This document shows, piece by piece, positions 62,315 through 64,000 of a stretch of 64,000 bases of DNA. Source of the stretch: Octopus vulgaris (taxonomy: Eukaryota). The position numbers were made by a program, and so were the translations under genes. A model generated the notes under the pieces. It saw only the letters and a list, made by a program, of their open reading frames with translations. It was not told the origin of the DNA and did no database searches. The DNA lies in contig OX597814.1 in the NCBI GenBank assembly GCA_951406725.2, positions 153,636,001 to 153,700,000 on the forward strand. The letters run 5' to 3'. Position 1 is the first letter of the stretch; every line of letters begins with the position of its first letter.

Positions 62315-62770
62315 CTTTCTATTATCGGCACAAGGCCTGACATTTTGGGGGTGGAGGCTAGTTGACTGCATCAACCCCAGAGTGTAACTGGTACTTATTT
62401 TATCAACCCTGAAAGGATAAAATATAAAGTCGACCTCAGTGAATTTGGACTGAGAATGTGAAAGAGGACGAAATATTGCTAAGCATTTTGCCCAGCATGC
62501 AAATGATTCTGCCAGTTTGCCATCTTAATGGTGATTAATAATAGAATAAGTCAATAATGGCTTCAAATTTTGACACAAGGCCAGCAGTGTTTGAGGGGGC
62601 TGGGAAATCATTTACATTGATTTCATTTCTTGACTAGCACTTATTTTATTGACACCAAAAGGATGAAAGGCAAAGTCAACCTTGGTGAAATTTGAGCTAA
62701 AAATGTGAAGATGGACAAAATGCCCCAACAAATTTGTCAGGTGAGCTAAATGCTCTGCCAACTCACTGTC
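62315..62770 (-). mobile_element. Two tandem family B SINEs
   Basis: aaaggat(g/a)aaa..aaagtc(g/a)acct core in both. Confidence 0.8.
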
Positions 62771-64000
62771 ATTGGAAAGTATACTAAGAGATGAACATGC
62801 AAGCTTCCATCTGTTATAAGATTGTAGGGATTAACTATTATTGCTCAGGCATATTATACAACAGTATGTTTATTTCAGACAATAAGTGTGTATTTGATGC
62901 AATTAGAAAAACAATTCCACCAAAAGATGGAATTTATTTGGGGAAAATACTACAGAAAAATACATGGCTGTATTGGTTATTGAGGATCATTTTAAGGGTG
63001 ATGCTCCAGCTTGTCCCTAGCTAGAATGGTAAGATAAAACTAAAGAACATATAAAAAAATGTTACTATTCATGATGTAGTAACTTAGGTATTTTGATGAA
63101 ATGGTACTTGATTTTAGCTAAGTGGACAGAGGTCTCTAAAATAATGTACCAAATCAAATATGATCTTGGAAGGTTCATGAAAAATGAGATTATAATTTGT
63201 CAGATGAGAAATATAAATTTTCAATAAATTTAGAAAGTTACTATGAATTAAATAAAACCTTATAGCAAATGAATATATATTGACTTCTTACATAGATGAA
63301 AGGTCACAGAGTCATAGAAGGGGAAATGTAATATTTTTGTTTTAATAGCTTGATCTGGAAGAGGCTGTGTCCATGACTTTTGCAACTCTGATAAGATTAG
63401 CAGTATTAATGCTCCTGTTGAACAGTTGCAGCATGATGGCTGCAGAAATTCGATTTAACATGTAACCAAGAGTGCTGTCTTCATATTTAAAAGCCAAATT
63501 ACTTTCTGGGACAGCATGACAGAACAAGAACATCCTACCCCTCTCTCGCTTGCTCACACTCTTTCCCTCATTTCCATACATGTTCCCACTGACACTCATA
63601 TATATACCCTTTTATGTCTTTATCTCAGTTATTCTTTAATCTTTTGTCTACCAATCACCTCAGTAATATTTCTCACTCTCTCTTTGCTATTATTCTTTCT
63701 TCCTTCTGTTTCACACATTGTTTCCTTCTCTCACAATGTTCTGTGTGCACTTGCATGTTTTAAAGGGAAAAAAATTGTCCACTAAATCAGAAATCTTTTA
63801 AGTAGAGAGGCTTTTAAACGAAGGGTTCTCTTTTGGAGTCAATACCATCTAAGATGGTATTGACTCCAATGACACATAACTTGTTTGTACATTCCATTTT
63901 TGTTTGGTTTCTATGGCTGGATGCTCTTTTGATTAGCAACCACTTTACTGAGTGTTAGGTCTGTCATGAGCCCTAGGGCTAATAAGATTGGAGTCTAACC

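Noticed and set aside
63342-63599. Minus ORF and short plus-strand frame after ttttaatag
   Set aside because: No homology recognised; plus frame stops after 38 codons.

Overview
AT-rich, repeat-dense animal genomic DNA. The SINE families and microsatellite load look like an octopus/coleoid cephalopod genome (inferred from repeat style, not a search). No complete protein-coding gene is visible; most ORFs in the track are microsatellite or SINE artefacts. Degenerate transposons dominate: a Chapaev3-like element, three Tc1/mariner elements, an RT-less Ty3/Gypsy with both LTRs and a CTACA target duplication nested in an RTE LINE, other RTE pieces, a Penelope GIY-YIG fragment, an R4/Dong 3' end in (TAA)n, Helitrons, hAT and piggyBac-type MITEs and dozens of SINEs. 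Two things stand out. (1) Eight type I hammerhead ribozyme motifs from about six unrelated repeat families, including a near-perfect 506-bp tandem dimer with one hammerhead per unit (41701-42706) and a ~160-bp tandem/inverted array (59114-59583), i.e. retrozyme/Penelope-pLTR-like units that could yield self-cleaved circular RNAs. (2) An old ~1.85-kb inverted duplication (about 3500-5350) whose flanks are about 80% identical but whose 85-bp core, coinciding with a candidate exon, is 100% complementary, a candidate dsRNA for A-to-I editing or splicing control. All coordinates were counted by eye; repeat boundaries are approximate unless a TSD or TIR is quoted.
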